A DNA stretch of 63,425 bases, the filler included, from Octopus bimaculoides (Eukaryota): the NCBI RefSeq assembly GCF_001194135.2. It is 6 parts of 6 records of this genome, joined end to end, with 100 filler letters (N's around TTAATTAATTAA, not from the genome) between each part and the next. Parts side by side here need not be neighbours in the genome. Positions count along the whole stretch, not along the records: positions 1 to 18,244 come from NC_068991.1; 5 more parts are not named here. One strand, written 5' to 3'. Position numbers and translations under genes: made by a program. Shown here piece by piece: positions 1 to 13,857 of the stretch. Below the pieces are notes generated by a model. The model made no database searches and was not told the origin of the DNA. It saw only the letters and a list, made by a program, of their open reading frames with translations. Positions within the stretch are counted from its first letter, which is position 1; each line of letters begins with the position of its first letter.

Positions 1-73
1 TATACGACGGGCTTCTTTCAGTTTCCGTCTACCAAATCCACTCACAAGGCTTTGGTCGGCCGGAGGCTATAGT
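1..73 (-). mobile_element. SINE family A (tRNA-type, Octopus-like), partial
   Basis: tatacgacgggcttctttcagtttccgtctaccaaatccactcacaaggctttggtcggc recurs in diverged form at 45.2, 46.4, 47.5 and 51.9 kb in this window. Confidence 0.85.
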
Positions 74-1828
74 ATTTTTTAAAAATATTATAGCATAGCA
101 AAGGAAAAAATAGTCATATGAATTTTAAAAAGTATGAGATTAAATGTGAGAGAGATAGGGAAACAGACAGAGAGAGGGAAACAGAGAGAGAGGGAGAGAG
201 AGAGAGAGAGAGAGAAAGAAAACAGGACTAAGAGAGAAGAAATATCTTTGATCTTTGAAACGTTTAGAATCCAATTCGTACATAAATTTATGTTCTAGAA
301 GTTAAGGGGAAGAAATAGAACAAGAAAATGAAAGTAATAGCGTGGGTAATAGAGAAAAAACTTTTAGCTTGAATGTCTGCACAAAAATAACCAAGGAATT
401 CCTTAATTTGGCCTCATTTCATTTTACTAGGACATGCTGCTATTATAAAATATTTAATAAAAATTTTAGTAAAGTATTCCACACTTGAATACTAAGGGTT
501 TCCTGTTATTTGAGGGTTTCCTGTTGTTGAAATTAATCACAAGTGCTCACCAGCAAGCCTAATAAATATAGACACGCATATTCTGTATTCCATGTCACTC
601 CAAACCACAATACCAGCTGTACCCAACCAGCTACAGGCAAATGGCGAAATGTTTTATAATCGAACAAAGCGTAACCGAGTTTGTTGAGTGAAGTACCTTC
701 AGTAAAAGTTATCTGACGAGACACATCTACACCGAATGACGCACCACAAACAGTTATCCGGAATCTCAGCCACGAGGGACCGATGCAAGATAGTTCGAAA
801 CGATCGTTGTGGTTAATAAGGAATCTTGTGAATTCCATTTTCTCTTTCTCGCATTTGTTACACACATACATATTCACACACACACATACACACATAGAAC
901 GTGTATATGTTTGTATATATATATATATATATATATACATACATATCTTCATGATATACAACATGAGCAATATTAGATTAAAATAGCTATTTACGTATCA
1001 TACTTAATATAAGTACATTGCGATAGTTAGAATTTACACTGGTATTCGTCCAGAGGTACTATTTTCTATGCGCGTGTTGTATTTAGAAACACAACATCAG
1101 TGGGGAACAGAACTCGTTCCAATAACGGTGAATGAGAACGTTACACGTGGTTCTGCTTCATTAAGCGTTATCAATAACGTATGCCTAGCGCCAGCATAAT
1201 TAGGCAAAATACTGCACCACAGATTTATATGAAAGGGAGAAAAACAATTACTGGTTTTGCTAGTAGCTATTCATCTGTGTAAAAACTCCATTACATGGAA
1301 CAGAAGCAATATCAGATTAAAGTAGCCTCTACATATTGTGTTTTTAAACAAAGTGCATCCGTAGGAGGTGCTTGTCTCTGAACGAATACCGCAGTAAATT
1401 ATGTTTATAACAATGTACAGGGTGATCGTGAAATCTAGATGCACGAGCGAAAGTGCATATTTTCATTAAAGAATAAAATTGTGAACATGGTTTCCACCAT
1501 TAAAGAATAACATTTACAACATGGTTTCCACCGACAGTCCTGCTAAGTTTGATGCACTTCACGAGATACTGTTTAACCCAATGCAGTAGCTCCACATTTC
1601 TGCCTGTTTAAGTACATTCATTCCTGGTGCATTTCTCCTGATGATTCATATCTATGATTTTCATTGAGTTCATCTCATCTTCTACTATAGTCCACTCAGC
1701 TGGCAAAAATGAATTGTCCTATGACCGCGAGTCCACTGCCTTAACCACTGGGTCATTGTGCCTCCACCCTTTTACATACATACATGCATACATACATACA
1801 TACATGCATACATACATACATACATACA

Positions 1829-1859
<31 letters not shown>

Positions 1860-2199
1860 GCAGACCTAAAGGTTTTTATGTAATCGACTTTATGACCTCA
1901 TTAGATGAGTACAGTTGGCAGCCGACGACTGAGACGCTTCATCAACTTATAACAACATTCTTGGCAATGATTTAAGTTCTGTATGCTCTACGCTTATTAT
2001 AGAAATTTGCTTTAACAAGATTTGTTTTCCATGTAATTTTTTGCTTCTTTTTTGTCTATTTATTTCATGCCAGCATATTTTGGAAGATTTTGCAAAGAAG
2101 ACAGGTGAATTGTCTCAAGGGAAGAAATTTTATGTGCATATGACAGCAGACTGAAATAGCAATCACGTTTTCCCCAAGCAGGCTCACAAGAGAAATCTC

Positions 2200-2299
2200 C
2201 TAGAAATAGCAACCTGCTAGAAATAGCAACCTGCTAGAAATAGCAACCTGCTAGAAATAGCAACCTGCTAGAAATAGCAACCTGCTAGAAATAGCAACC
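2200..2299 (+). repeat. 17-bp tandem repeat (tagaaatagcaacctgc) x ~5.8 inside a dispersed repeat
   Basis: Perfect copies read directly. The single-copy motif ctgctagaaatagcggcc occurs at ~52575. Confidence 0.95.
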
Positions 2300-2364
2300 G
2301 AAATCTTCTTAAATCTTATCCTATCGTGTTTAGCCTGAAACGACAGATATCACCAGCTGACGTT

Positions 2365-2460
2365 TCAAAAATTTTACGTGGGCACTGAATCTTGTTAAAT
2401 TTCTGCCAACTACTTGGTTGCAAAGCAAATTCGTTAACCACTCAGCCAAACCTGCACCTA
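2365..2460 (-). mobile_element. SINE family A head, degenerate
   Basis: gttgcaaagcaaattcgttaaccactcagccaaacctgcaccta matches the reverse of the family A 5' end. Confidence 0.6.
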
Positions 2461-2840
2461 CAAAGATCACTCACCCTTCTCATTTAATAGACGCGTTCTA
2501 GCACCGCCATTGAACTTTTGATTAATTTAAATTTAGGAATTATCTCCCTTGTTTTTCTTCAAAACGTATCATGCAGTGAAGCTACTGGTTCTCTTCGTCT
2601 GTCCGTCTCTCTCTCGCTTTCTCTCGTCTTCTCTTCACTTTCAGTAAAATTTTAGTTAATTAAACATTAGCCAACACTACTTTTAAGTATTTAAGCTCTA
2701 CGCAGCCGCAGCAGCAGCGCCACCACCACCAGAACCCCATCTCTTCACTTAATTCTATACAATATTACCTCAAACAATTCAATTTAGCTATTCAGTGAAA
2801 TAGCTAAACAACGTGTATGTGCACGCGTGCATGCATGTGG

Positions 2841-2901
<61 letters not shown>

Positions 2902-3176
2902 TGAGTGTGTGCGTGCGTGTATGTGTACTCATTAAATGAAAAAAAATACGGTAATAATAAAAGCACTCTGGAAGACGTTTGATTGCTTTCTGTGTGCTTG
3001 TTAAATAACTGCGTTTCCGTTTGTGGTCTAGACATCATCTTCATCATCATCATCATCTTCATCATCATCATCATCTTCATCATCATCATCAGCATTACGA
3101 CTATAATCAACAGCAACCGACAGCTTTTACAAATTTGCACACTGACACATACGCAAACATACATGTACGTATATGT

Positions 3177-3207
<31 letters not shown>

Positions 3208-3283
3208 CACATATATATATATATATATACATGCGCATACAGACACATATAATACACATGCACACACATGCATATATAACTAC

Positions 3284-3330
<47 letters not shown>

Positions 3331-4827
3331 GCACACACACATATATGCAGATATGATTATATATTTACGCGTATGCACATAGAATGTATAAGCATATGTG
3401 TGTGTGTTGTATATACACACATTAAAGAAATAGAAAGCTCCCCCACCGTCATCACCACCATTACCACCACCACCACCACCACCACCACCACTACCGCTAC
3501 TGCCAACACGACAAAACGATGCTCGAAATGTTGGTAACAGCAGAATTGAAATCAGAAACCTTTGTAATAAGCGGAAATCCATTTGACACTTCTTGATACA
3601 GCCTATCGTCACCTTGACTGGCAAAATCGATTTTCGTGTGTACGTACGTGCATGTGTGCGTGTATGTGTGTGTGTGTATGTACAGGTGTATGTGTTCTTG
3701 TGTAGTTGTTTTTACATTTGTGTTTGCGTTTGAGTTTGAGGGTTTTTTTAATACAATTTTTATGTGTTTGCGTGTTTGCGCATTTGTGTTTGTGCTTGAG
3801 CGCTAATTTTTTTGTAAGTCATGTTTGTGTGTGTGTGTGTGTGCGTGTGTGTGCATGCGTGAACGCCCGTGTGCGTGTGTTTGTGATTGTGTGTGTGTGT
3901 GTGCTATTTCGTATAACGCTGAATTGAACACTTCATTTCCTTTGCAGAGGTAACTCCAACATCGTCGTCATCGTCTGCTGCTTCTTCATGTAAAATAACG
4001 TGTTGAAAAAACTACACAACTTAAAGACTGTGTACACGTATGTGTGCGCGTGTGCACGAGTGTGTGCACATATATACGTACACATATATATGTATGCATG
4101 TATTATCGTATGTTTGTATATATATATATAGATATATATATACATTTATACATATATATATATAAATGCATATATACTACGTATATGTACATACTTACAT
4201 CTATACGTGTATATATATGCATATGTTGGGACAGGACGTCACAAACGAGTACAACAAAAAATACGAAGTACGAGTACATGGAATATGAACTATTTTTTCT
4301 AACAACGAAAGAGACAAATGGAAAACAAGGCAAACAACACAAAGAACAACCCTTCATCAGCTGTTGGCTGTTTTTCTACTCTCGTATTTCGAGCATTAAA
4401 CAACAATATACGCGAATAAATTATCAGATGGTGATATTATCAGGTGATGAAATTAACAGATGAAGAAATTACAAGCGATAAATTTCTAAGCGTGCAATAG
4501 ATTCATAACGAATCAAAATACTTTCCATCATGTGCAATAAATTCCAGATGTTTTAGGGCCAAGAGATATGAATGTACTCCACGTCTACATGTTTAAACCT
4601 GTAATAGATTATAGACTGATCTTGAATATTATAATACAGCACAACTTTATGCGTCAAGCTCATACTTTGGATCTGAGAAAGGTGAATGTAGATGTGGGTT
4701 TATCATTATGGAAGTAGCTTTGAAATCACGTGGTTTCTGGTTCATACAACAGATACAGTACATCATCTTCAGAAGGGTAAGTGTCAAATTCGAGGTAACG
4801 AAAAATAGATAAATAACCAGTAAAATA

Positions 4828-5100
4828 TACAGAGTGTCCACAACGTCTGCGTACATGGGGATTAACACATACTTATGTCATATCATGTTATATTATTTGG
4901 GAAGCTTGTTATGAATTATAAGCTGCTCCTAATTAAACGATCCAGACGAAGTCAAATATTGAGAGCATTATTATTTTATTACCATAAGTTGAAGTAAAAA
5001 TGATTTGTACTTATGACCATGCTTCTCTTGGTTCTAGTATATCAAACGAATACCGTATTTTTTTTCGTTTGATGGCATGTATCATTAAAAGACTTATAGA
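4828..5100 (+). mobile_element. Possible Tc1/mariner-derived fragment
   Basis: Begins TA|CAGAGTGTCCACAA, a Tc1/mariner-like end. No matching right TIR was found. Confidence 0.3.
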
Positions 5101-5650
5101 ACAATTTGAAAACAAGGTTTTATTATTTTTTTTTTTTCGTATCGATATAAAGAAAGCAAAGACATTTTATATAGAATGGAAGCGGAGAGCGTGAGGAATA
5201 GGTAAAGCATAGTGAAATAGATAAACTGTGAGTGAAATAATACTACGAAATCTATAATCAGAGAGAGAGTGAGAGAGAAACAGAGGAAAAGAGAAGAAGA
5301 AGAAGAAGAAGAAGAAGAAGAAGAAGAAGAAGAAGAAGAAGAAGAAGAAGAAGAAGAAGAAGAAGAAGAAGAAGAAGGTGGTTATATACAGACGTATAGA
5401 GGAAAGCTTGTGAAAGAAAGGGAGAATAGAGGTGAAGTCACCGGGGATTTGGTTAGAATTTATTCTAAATTCTCTGTAAATTATGTAAAAAGACACAAAT
5501 ACTTACACACACACACACATATATACACACGCATGCGCGCACATGCACAATACATATACATACACACGCACACACATATGAATACACACACACATATACA
5601 TAGACACACACATGCGCACACACATCATAAACATACATACACACACATAT

Positions 5651-5700
<50 letters not shown>

Positions 5701-5998
5701 TCTCTCTCTCTCTCTCTCTCTCTCTCTAATTTATATAAAATATATTACAAATGAATGTACATCATTGCAGTAAAATCAAACAGCCAAAATATATCAATCA
5801 CTCCGCTGATTGGCAACGAATTCTCTTCGTTCATTATCTTCAGCAAGCCATGCTATATATTCTACATGTAGAAACAGGTTTATCTATCTGTCTGTCTGTC
5901 TACCTATCTACATTTGTAATTATCTAGTAATTATGTACCTTTGTGTAAGTATGTATGCGTGTGTGAGAGTGTGTGAGAGTGTATGTGAGTGTATACAT

Positions 5999-6035
<37 letters not shown>

Positions 6036-6280
6036 ATCACATATATATATATATATATATAATCATATATATATATTCAGACACTACGCGCGCGCGCACA
6101 CTCACACACACACACACACACATGCACGCACACACATGCACGCACACACGTGCACGCACACACATACCTGGGTACTGAGACCGCTTGATAATGGCTCAGA
6201 GCAATCAATTATCTGCATGTCTGGGACGAGTTAGATCAGAAGAATTTCAATCAGGCAGCGAATGATATTATCATAAAAGT

Positions 6281-6325
<45 letters not shown>

Positions 6326-6859
6326 TGTAATAGTTTAACGTTGTTTAAGCAGTACCCGGGTTTCTTACATAGAAAAAGAATGTTACGTGATTGTTACAAA
6401 ATGCCGAGTAATTAGCAATGAATCGTAGGATTTCTGGCTTAGAATATTGGTGACTGTTAGCAGAATAAAGGCCTTCCTTAATCACTGTCTGATAAAAGAA
6501 CTTGGCTAATGAAGGCAAAATTCCGTGAAGTTGCTTTGATGGCTAACGCTACACTACATGCGACTGCCAAGGAATTTGAATGTCTGGTGATCTTGTACAG
6601 TGTAGACAAGATCTAAATCCTAAAGGATTCGTTGTCGATATTGTTGGTGTTGTCATTGTTGTTGCTGTTTCTTAAACCAGGTCTTATTGTGAGGACTGTA
6701 CAAGGCGTTCCGGCTGTGAACATCATGTCCTTTGTTTGTCATTGACTATATTTAGCATACAAGTATGCTCATGTGTTTTTTTTAGCCGCATGCGTTTATA
6801 CGAGATGCTGTCTCGAGACGAATACCAGAATTTTGATACTTACGACAATATATTCACTT

Positions 6860-6945
6860 ACCCACCGTGCCACGCAGTAGAACCGTACCCGGAACCTTAT
6901 GGTTGGGAAGAAAGCTTCTTACCACACACCCACGCCTGCGCCTAT
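6860..6945 (-). mobile_element. SINE family A head
   Basis: gtgccacgcagtagaaccgtacccggaaccttatggttgggaagaaagcttcttaccacacacccacgcctgcgccta, the reverse of the family head. Confidence 0.8.
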
Positions 6946-7689
6946 GTATGTGATACGGAAATTTTTGAAATATTTATTTCTTGAAGCAAAATAATGTCAT
7001 TTGATGTAGTTAAATACATAAAGTAGTATTCAGTAGACGTGCATTGTGCAGTATTGGAGTATTTAAACCGTTTGGACACCGTACCACTACTTAGTAGAGA
7101 CACGGCATTCTGAATATTATTTTAGCAATTTTAAAATGATATCTTTTTTCGCCGTAAACCCTTTACCGATTCTGTAGTAATCCCCAACTCCCCTTCATGC
7201 CCTAAGCAGGTGCTTATTTTCCTTAATGGTTAATCCAGTTCTACTTGTCTGTGTAAAAATAATATGAGATTTCTACAGAAGAGTGCCCACATTTGTAGAA
7301 CAGCACAGTTGGCCCGTGGTTTTAGGGAGACGTGTTGAGGAAAGATATGGCCAAACCAGATATAATGGACGACACTTTAGTTTAAAATAAATGAGACGGT
7401 TTTTATGATTGAAAAATAGCATTTTTATTCCATTTAGAAGAGACATAATGGAAGCGCGGTTCTCTCATGGGACTACGAATACGATATGTAAACAAAGACA
7501 TGAAAAGTAAGTTGTACTTACTAAGTGCTTGTTGTTCTATTAGTGTTTACCTTGATGGGTATGCACATACACACACACACACACACACACATATATACAT
7601 ACACATATATATAATATATACTTAAATATATATGTATATAGATTATATATATATATAAATACATGCATGTAAAATATATGTATATATAC

Positions 7690-7736
<47 letters not shown>

Positions 7737-7745
7737 GAGACAGAC

Positions 7746-7776
<31 letters not shown>

Positions 7777-7939
7777 CGTAAGATACTTTACGCTAACGGA
7801 GTTTTGTTTCAATGCTGCTCTTACGAGAATACGTATATAAATTCTCTTAGCTAAGATTACTTACATTGACAGATGTAAATAGATGTTTGCGAGTCAACAC
7901 ATTTTGTTTCAACTAAAAATTTCAAGGTGTATCCTGTAG

Positions 7940-8350
7940 AAACTGCAATTCTGTACACACAGTGTAGTAAGCTATAGTAAGTCTATATATACAAAGCATG
8001 GGAACACTCTGAGTAGTTGTCCTGCAGCCCCACATGATTAGAGGTCCAATGCAAATCTATGTATGCCGTATTTCTCAGTATAGAGGTCCTACAACATTGG
8101 TAGGGCTTTCTGTAATAAGTATTTGTAAGTTTGCATATATAGCATCTCTGTAGCAAATATAGAGCAAGTCTGTGCATACTGTAAGATAGTAAGTCTATAT
8201 ACTGTGTCTCTATGATAAGTAATAGTAAGGTTGTAAATACAGTAACTTGATGAATAGAGAGACATTTAGTCAGATTCGTTTCAATTCGGCGTTGCTTCTT
8301 GGCGAAGTGTAGGTCCAGGGGGCTCTTTTTCCTTTTTTTATGCAAGCCCC
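7940..8350 (-). pseudogene. Decayed RTE-like LINE, post-RT C-terminal region
   Basis: Frame ...TKCLSIHQVTVFTTLLLLIIETQ...LLQRCYICKL...HVGLQD parallels the RTE pattern TK..VY...V..TLLYG.ETW...F.QRCLR.IL...GHV.RM.D. Confidence 0.45.
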
Positions 8351-9744
8351 AAAATTATTTATTCATGCAAGTAATCCCTGTTGTACAAGGGAAAAATATG
8401 ACCAGACATAATTTGGCGCTACTATCGTCGCTCATTTTGCCGTCGGAAGGAACAACAGCGGGATAGACCCCATCAAGGCATCTCGTACGAAGGTCTAATA
8501 ACTCCGTATCGTCCAACGCTCTGGACTGGTATTATCCCGAGAGTTGTAAACTATAGTTGAACCCGAAACTACGGAATTACAAAGCGATTTCTCGACCACA
8601 CAAAAAGTACTTTGCTAGTAGATAAGTTTCATACCATCTACTCTAATAGTTTCAATCTTTAACTTCCAGTTAAAAATAATAATAATAATAAAAAGAAAAG
8701 CAAAATGTTGTAAAACGAAAAACTACATACCAAGATAACTTTGTTTCTCCTCCCGAAACATTCTATTTCATTTAAAATATTTCGTTCTGTTAGTCAAATC
8801 ATTTTATACCATTTTTTAAAAATTTACATTTGCTATTTCTTTAGATTTATCCTGCAACTAATTTTCTCTTCTTTTACTTACTTTTTCTTTCCTTTTTGCA
8901 TAGAATTTCTTTCCTTTTTGCATAGAATTTCTTTCCATTTTGCATAGTATTTCCTAACTCTGAATCTATTTTCTTATTATGGAACATATTTCATATACTG
9001 GCACTGTATTTTCCTTTTTTCGTTCAATACTTTTTCACAATTCTAATATATTTTTTGCCTTATCTTTCTCGAGTAACTACCTATAATACGAGTTTTCTTG
9101 CTATCTTTTTATTGATTTTTCTTTCTATATTCTAACGTTTTCGGTTATTACTTGGCTGTTTGGTAAAATAGGTGATTCCTATCAATTATATATTTTCCCC
9201 CTCAACCAATTTTTTTTACTACATCGTCATTATATTTAGTGCAACGCAAGCTGGTTTCACTTAATATTCAAGAATATTTTTTTTAAATGTGTTTATGGTT
9301 AGCAATATGCTATTTGCTTATGTTTTGCATTAAATCTGTTCGTTTTAATCTCAAACTTTATATCTTAATATTCTTTAGGTGAGACGAGTCACTACACTTT
9401 CCTCTCGAGTGGCTTATATATTCTATTCCATCAATGGACTGTGGCCAAGTTGTAGCACCTCCTGTCAATGAATTTTTGTTTTTAGTGATTCGTGATTTTA
9501 TCTACCCTAGTATTTATTTCACTCTGGTGCTTATTTCATCGATCACTCTTTATCAGGAATCTAAATTACACCAATTGACATAAAAATGGTTTTATATCAG
9601 CAAACATGAACACACGCAGACAGACATATAAATTAGCTAACACGGGACACAGTGGATCAAGCAAAATTAGTTGTGGGTAGAAACTAATTTTGATGATAGA
9701 CTTAGACTTAGTTTTGTCATTAACCCATGCTCTCAATAGTCCGA

Positions 9745-9960
9745 AGATTAACTCGGTTCCCATGGCACTCTCCTCTGAACGGGACGCCAGTTCGTCGAGG
9801 GTTTAACTTCTCAACTATTGATGGAAATCATTTACAGTTGAGTGGAGTGGAGCAACGTGAAATGAAGTGCTTTGCCCAATAACATAACACACAGCCATGT
9901 CAACAAATCGAAACTATGATCTTACGATCGTGTATGCAACCCTCTAAACATCAGCTCCAC
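9745..9960 (-). mobile_element. SINE family C (V-domain-like), degenerate
   Basis: agtggagtggagcaacgtgaaatgaagtgctttgcccaataacataacacac is the reverse of the 56.2 kb copy (gttcttgagcaagacacttcatttcacgttgccccagttcact). Confidence 0.7.
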
Positions 9961-10674
9961 TAAACCACACGCTTCCACAGTCTTGCCGAGGGAAAAAAAA
10001 ATCTCGTTCCTTCATCCTTGAGAAATCAGATAAGCACCGGTTTCATGATCCTGTGGGATGATGAAAAACTCTTTCGCTTCACGTCTTAAATATTCCACAT
10101 CAAAAAAAGTAAAGGAAATGTTTCCATTTGCACAGATGTCCTTGTGAGAGGCTAGACTAACGATTTCGAATGGTTTATGCAATGACAAAAGAAACTTTCA
10201 GATGGAAATCTCCCTGTTTTATATCGTGTGTATTCCACAAATACTATTGATCGAAAATAATCATACATCTCTGTAGAGAAGACGCGCAGAAATAGTAGTT
10301 TAGACAAGAAATAATTTAAATACAGTCTTAATTTCTTCTCATAAAGCACAGTTAGGAAAATTGTGGATAGTTGAAGCAATGTGATGAAAATAAGAGTACC
10401 GATGGATATTATTTTTAGCATAAAATTAAGCTGCTTAGCTTTCATAGAGGATAGCAATACTAAACGAAAATGAGATGGCCGATGTGTTGAATTGAGAAGC
10501 AGCAGCAGCAGCGTTCGTGTGCATTCGGATTTAATAAAAAAAAAATCATAATGACTCCAGTTGTGCTCCAGTTTTTCTTACAGTCACTCAAACGCACACA
10601 CACACACACACACACGCTCGCGCGCGCGCATATGTATTTATGTATATATGTATGTAAATGTGAGTCTCACTCTC

Positions 10675-10768
<94 letters not shown>

Positions 10769-11372
10769 TAAGTATGTATGTATGTATTTATGTATGAATC
10801 GTATGTATGCATGCTTATAAAGTTGGTATTTCCTGCGCTGTGATTAAAAATTACTGAGGGAATTTGAAATGTCAAAGAATTAATATAGCGAAGGAGAATT
10901 GGTAAATCTGTGTGTTGTTGTTCTTATCGTTGTTTTTGCTGCTGTTGTTGTTGTTGTTGCCGTCATCGTCGTTGTCATTGTTCTTGTTGTTATTGAAGTT
11001 GAATTCCATATTAGTTCCAATCAACCTGATCCACAATGAAAATCCTTTCAACCATGACCATCGTATCTTCTATTAGTAGTATATCTACTATCACGTACGT
11101 TGTTCGTTGTGTCTGTATATTTTCTTTTTCAAAACGGTTGCATCTGATTTGTGGGTTATTTGGCTGTTATTTCTAGAGGTTTCTTTCCTAGTAGCTGTAG
11201 GAAAAACTTTGAGTGGCGAGAGAACATGGAAAGTAATCGTCGTAGTGATGGTGGTGGTGGTGATGGTGGCGGGAGCAGATGCAAAGTAATCCAATTGATT
11301 TTGAGTGTCCTATGTAGATGCGAGCAGGCATACACACTCTGCTGGCCCTTACATAGTATAGGGTTTCCCCGC

Positions 11373-11625
11373 CAATATTAGATGTGTACCAACCAATATT
11401 AGATTTCTACCAACCAATATTAGATTTGTACCGACAAACATTAGACTTGTACCAACCAATATTAGATTTCTACCAACCAATATTAGATTTGTACCAACCA
11501 ATATTAGATTTCTACCAACCAATATTAGGTTTGTACCGACAAACATTAGACTTGTACCAACCAATATTAGATTTCTACCAACCAATATTAGACTTGTACC
11601 GACAAATTTTAAATTTGTACCTGTC
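11373..11625. repeat. 21-bp minisatellite (~12 units, caatattagatttgtaccaac) with 63-bp higher-order structure
   Basis: Units read directly. They produce the ORF-track YQPILD(L/F) and VG(R/T)NLIL heptad repeats. Confidence 0.95.
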
Positions 11626-11844
11626 GATTTTAGAAAATTTTCCGATCAACTTCAGGATTATTTTTTTGATACATATTTCTAAATAAAACATCTTTTTTTT
11701 TAATGGTATATATATATATATATATATATATTATCTTGAATGTGACGACTGGAGGGAGAGAAGGCTGCACCAGTATTTGGCCGGTACTTTCTTGATCAAC
11801 TTCAAAAGAACGAAGTAACCAAATACATGAATAAATAAATCATT

Positions 11845-12270
11845 ATTATCTTGCTTGGACATTTTAAAATCGGCATATACCATCTATCTTGGTCCTGCAG
11901 TAGTTGAGGGAATGCTTTAGGAATACATCTTACGACTCTAGTGAGTTGATCTACATACGTTTTATTCGGACGACCAGCTCGAGAACGCTCAAGCTTTGGT
12001 ATCTATAGCAGTAGGTTACTTGCCAGTTCTTCTTTAACTTGCCAGCAATGTCCTGCAAAGCAGAAGCGCCTTTTATTTATAATGCTGGAAACAGGCGCAA
12101 GATTTCCATACAGCTGTTTCTCGGTAGGATGAGTTCTCCAAAATATGCTTACGGCTGCTCTTAAAAGGGTGTAAGTTCCATTTAGCTTGGATTCCAGTCT
12201 TTTGCTAAACGTCCAGGCTGGTGCTCCATATAAAAGGACTGACAACTGTTGTACGGGAAAAAAATATGTC
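11845..12270 (-). mobile_element. RTE-clade LINE 3' end, decayed
   Basis: LLYGAPAWTFSKRLESKLNGTYT...RRFCFAGHCWQVKEELASNLLL then GRPNKTYVDQL...DQDRW, the typical RTE C-terminus. Confidence 0.8.
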
Positions 12271-12574
12271 TTAGGATTTCTTTCTACTTCGCAGAATAAA
12301 TTACACATAAATAAATAAATAATTAATTAATTTAATTAATTAATTAATCAAAAAGTCATAACCTCGTCAGGATTTGAGCACAAAATAAATGTCGCGACGT
12401 ATTCATCCGGTGCTGTAGCAACCGTCCTATGGGGGAAAGTAAGTAGGTTTATAAAAGATGGGTGTGGAAAATTTGGAGCTGATAATTGAAGCAGAGGGGG
12501 TCTGAGAAGTTGGTGGAAGTGCTGGTTATGACTTACAAAATACGGTGAATATATTGCTTTCAAACTTTGACATA

Positions 12575-12765
12575 AGGTCAGCAATTTTCAGTGAGGGTGG
12601 GTGTAAGTAAATCGATTACATCGACCCCAGTGTTCAACTGGCATTTATTTTATCGAACCTCCACCTCCTAAAGCATGGAAGGTAAAGTCGACCTCGGCAG
12701 CATTTGAACTCAGGACGAAAAGACGGATAAAATGCTGCTTAGCATTCTACCAGCTCGCAGCCTAA
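12575..12765 (-). mobile_element. SINE family B
   Basis: atcgattacatcgaccccagtgttcaactgg...aaagtcgacctcggcagcatttgaactcag is the reverse of the 14.5, 28.5, 46.8 and 57.3 kb copies. Confidence 0.85.
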
Positions 12766-13857
12766 AGGATAGAATATATTAAATGAAATACATTCGAAGA
12801 TGAATGTACTTAATTTAATTGCATTTAATTCATATTGTATAGATGTTTAATTACATCTCTTCTCACTCTTTCTATATATGCTTATACATCCTGTATTTCC
12901 TTGTCTCTGTCTGTATGTCTGTCTGTCTCTGTCTGTCTGTCTGTCGTCGCTCTCTCGCTCGCTTACTCTCACACAGATGCATCTGTGTGTATGTGAGTTT
13001 ATGTATATATGTGCGTATGCTTGTAAGTTCAAAACAATACGTGTGTGTGTGTGTGTGTGTGGTTATGTGTGTATGTACACGCTTAAATACAGGTAAATAC
13101 ATAAATTTGTATAATACACATACATATTCATAAACATAGACGCAAGAATACAAATACACAATTCCAAAACACAAACAAAATCTTGCAAGTATGAACACAC
13201 CTACGCACGCATCCACGCAAATATGCCCCCCCCCCACTTTTCGAAAAAAAAAAAAGAAAGCAAAGAAGCAAAGGAAAATAAAAAAGAACACATGGGAACA
13301 TTAATTTATACTCAGATACACAAGACATAGAACAAATAAATAAATAAATAAATAAATAGAAAATAATCAGTAATACAGATAAAGACGCCATATTTTCAGA
13401 AATTAAATCCAAAACCAAAAATTATAAACAAGGCGAAGAACGAATCCAACACTAACCAACTGTGTAACAAAAACAACAATCACAACGACTACGAGGGGCT
13501 GGGCGGGGGAGGATCTGGCGGCGTTGGTGGCGGTGGCGGCGGCGGCAGCAACTGCGCCGGCGGCGATGACAATAGCCACAAGAAACGAAATTTAATATAG
13601 TCATTCTGATACCAATTATGTTGTTTATTGAGTTGCTGGTCCATTGTTGTAGCGTTGTTGTTATACCATTTATAACAGAGAGATATTGACACCTTATAAT
13701 TGCTGTTTATGGATTTAGTGTTATCAATCGTATTTGAATTAGTTAAATAACTTTTCCTATGAGCTTCGGCTAGTAACGAATATGATATTGTGGTTCTATG
13801 TGGTCTTTCGAATCGCTTGAAATAACAGCAAAATCTAGATCAAGCCATGTTCTGACT

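Noticed and set aside
1417-1770. TA|CAGGGTG Tc1-like start with a short internal duplication
   Set aside because: No right TIR or transposase motif was found.
4640-7506. Plus-strand exon candidates 4640-4776 and 7438-7506 with gtaagt donors
   Set aside because: Their open frames do not join in phase and the peptides are unrecognisable; they cannot be supported without transcript data.
12371-12438. Plus-strand micro-exon candidate GFEHKINVATYSSGAVATVLWGK, similar to the MLK/CRIB FEHKI.V motif
   Set aside because: The match is only ~7 residues, the acceptor is weak, and no kinase exons lie nearby. Its phase is incompatible with the other plus-strand candidates.
13489-13620. GC-rich poly-Pro/Gly stretch
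   Set aside because: Imperfect (GGC/GGT)n simple repeat without splice signals; similar tracts occur at 3.45, 58.4 and 60.5 kb.
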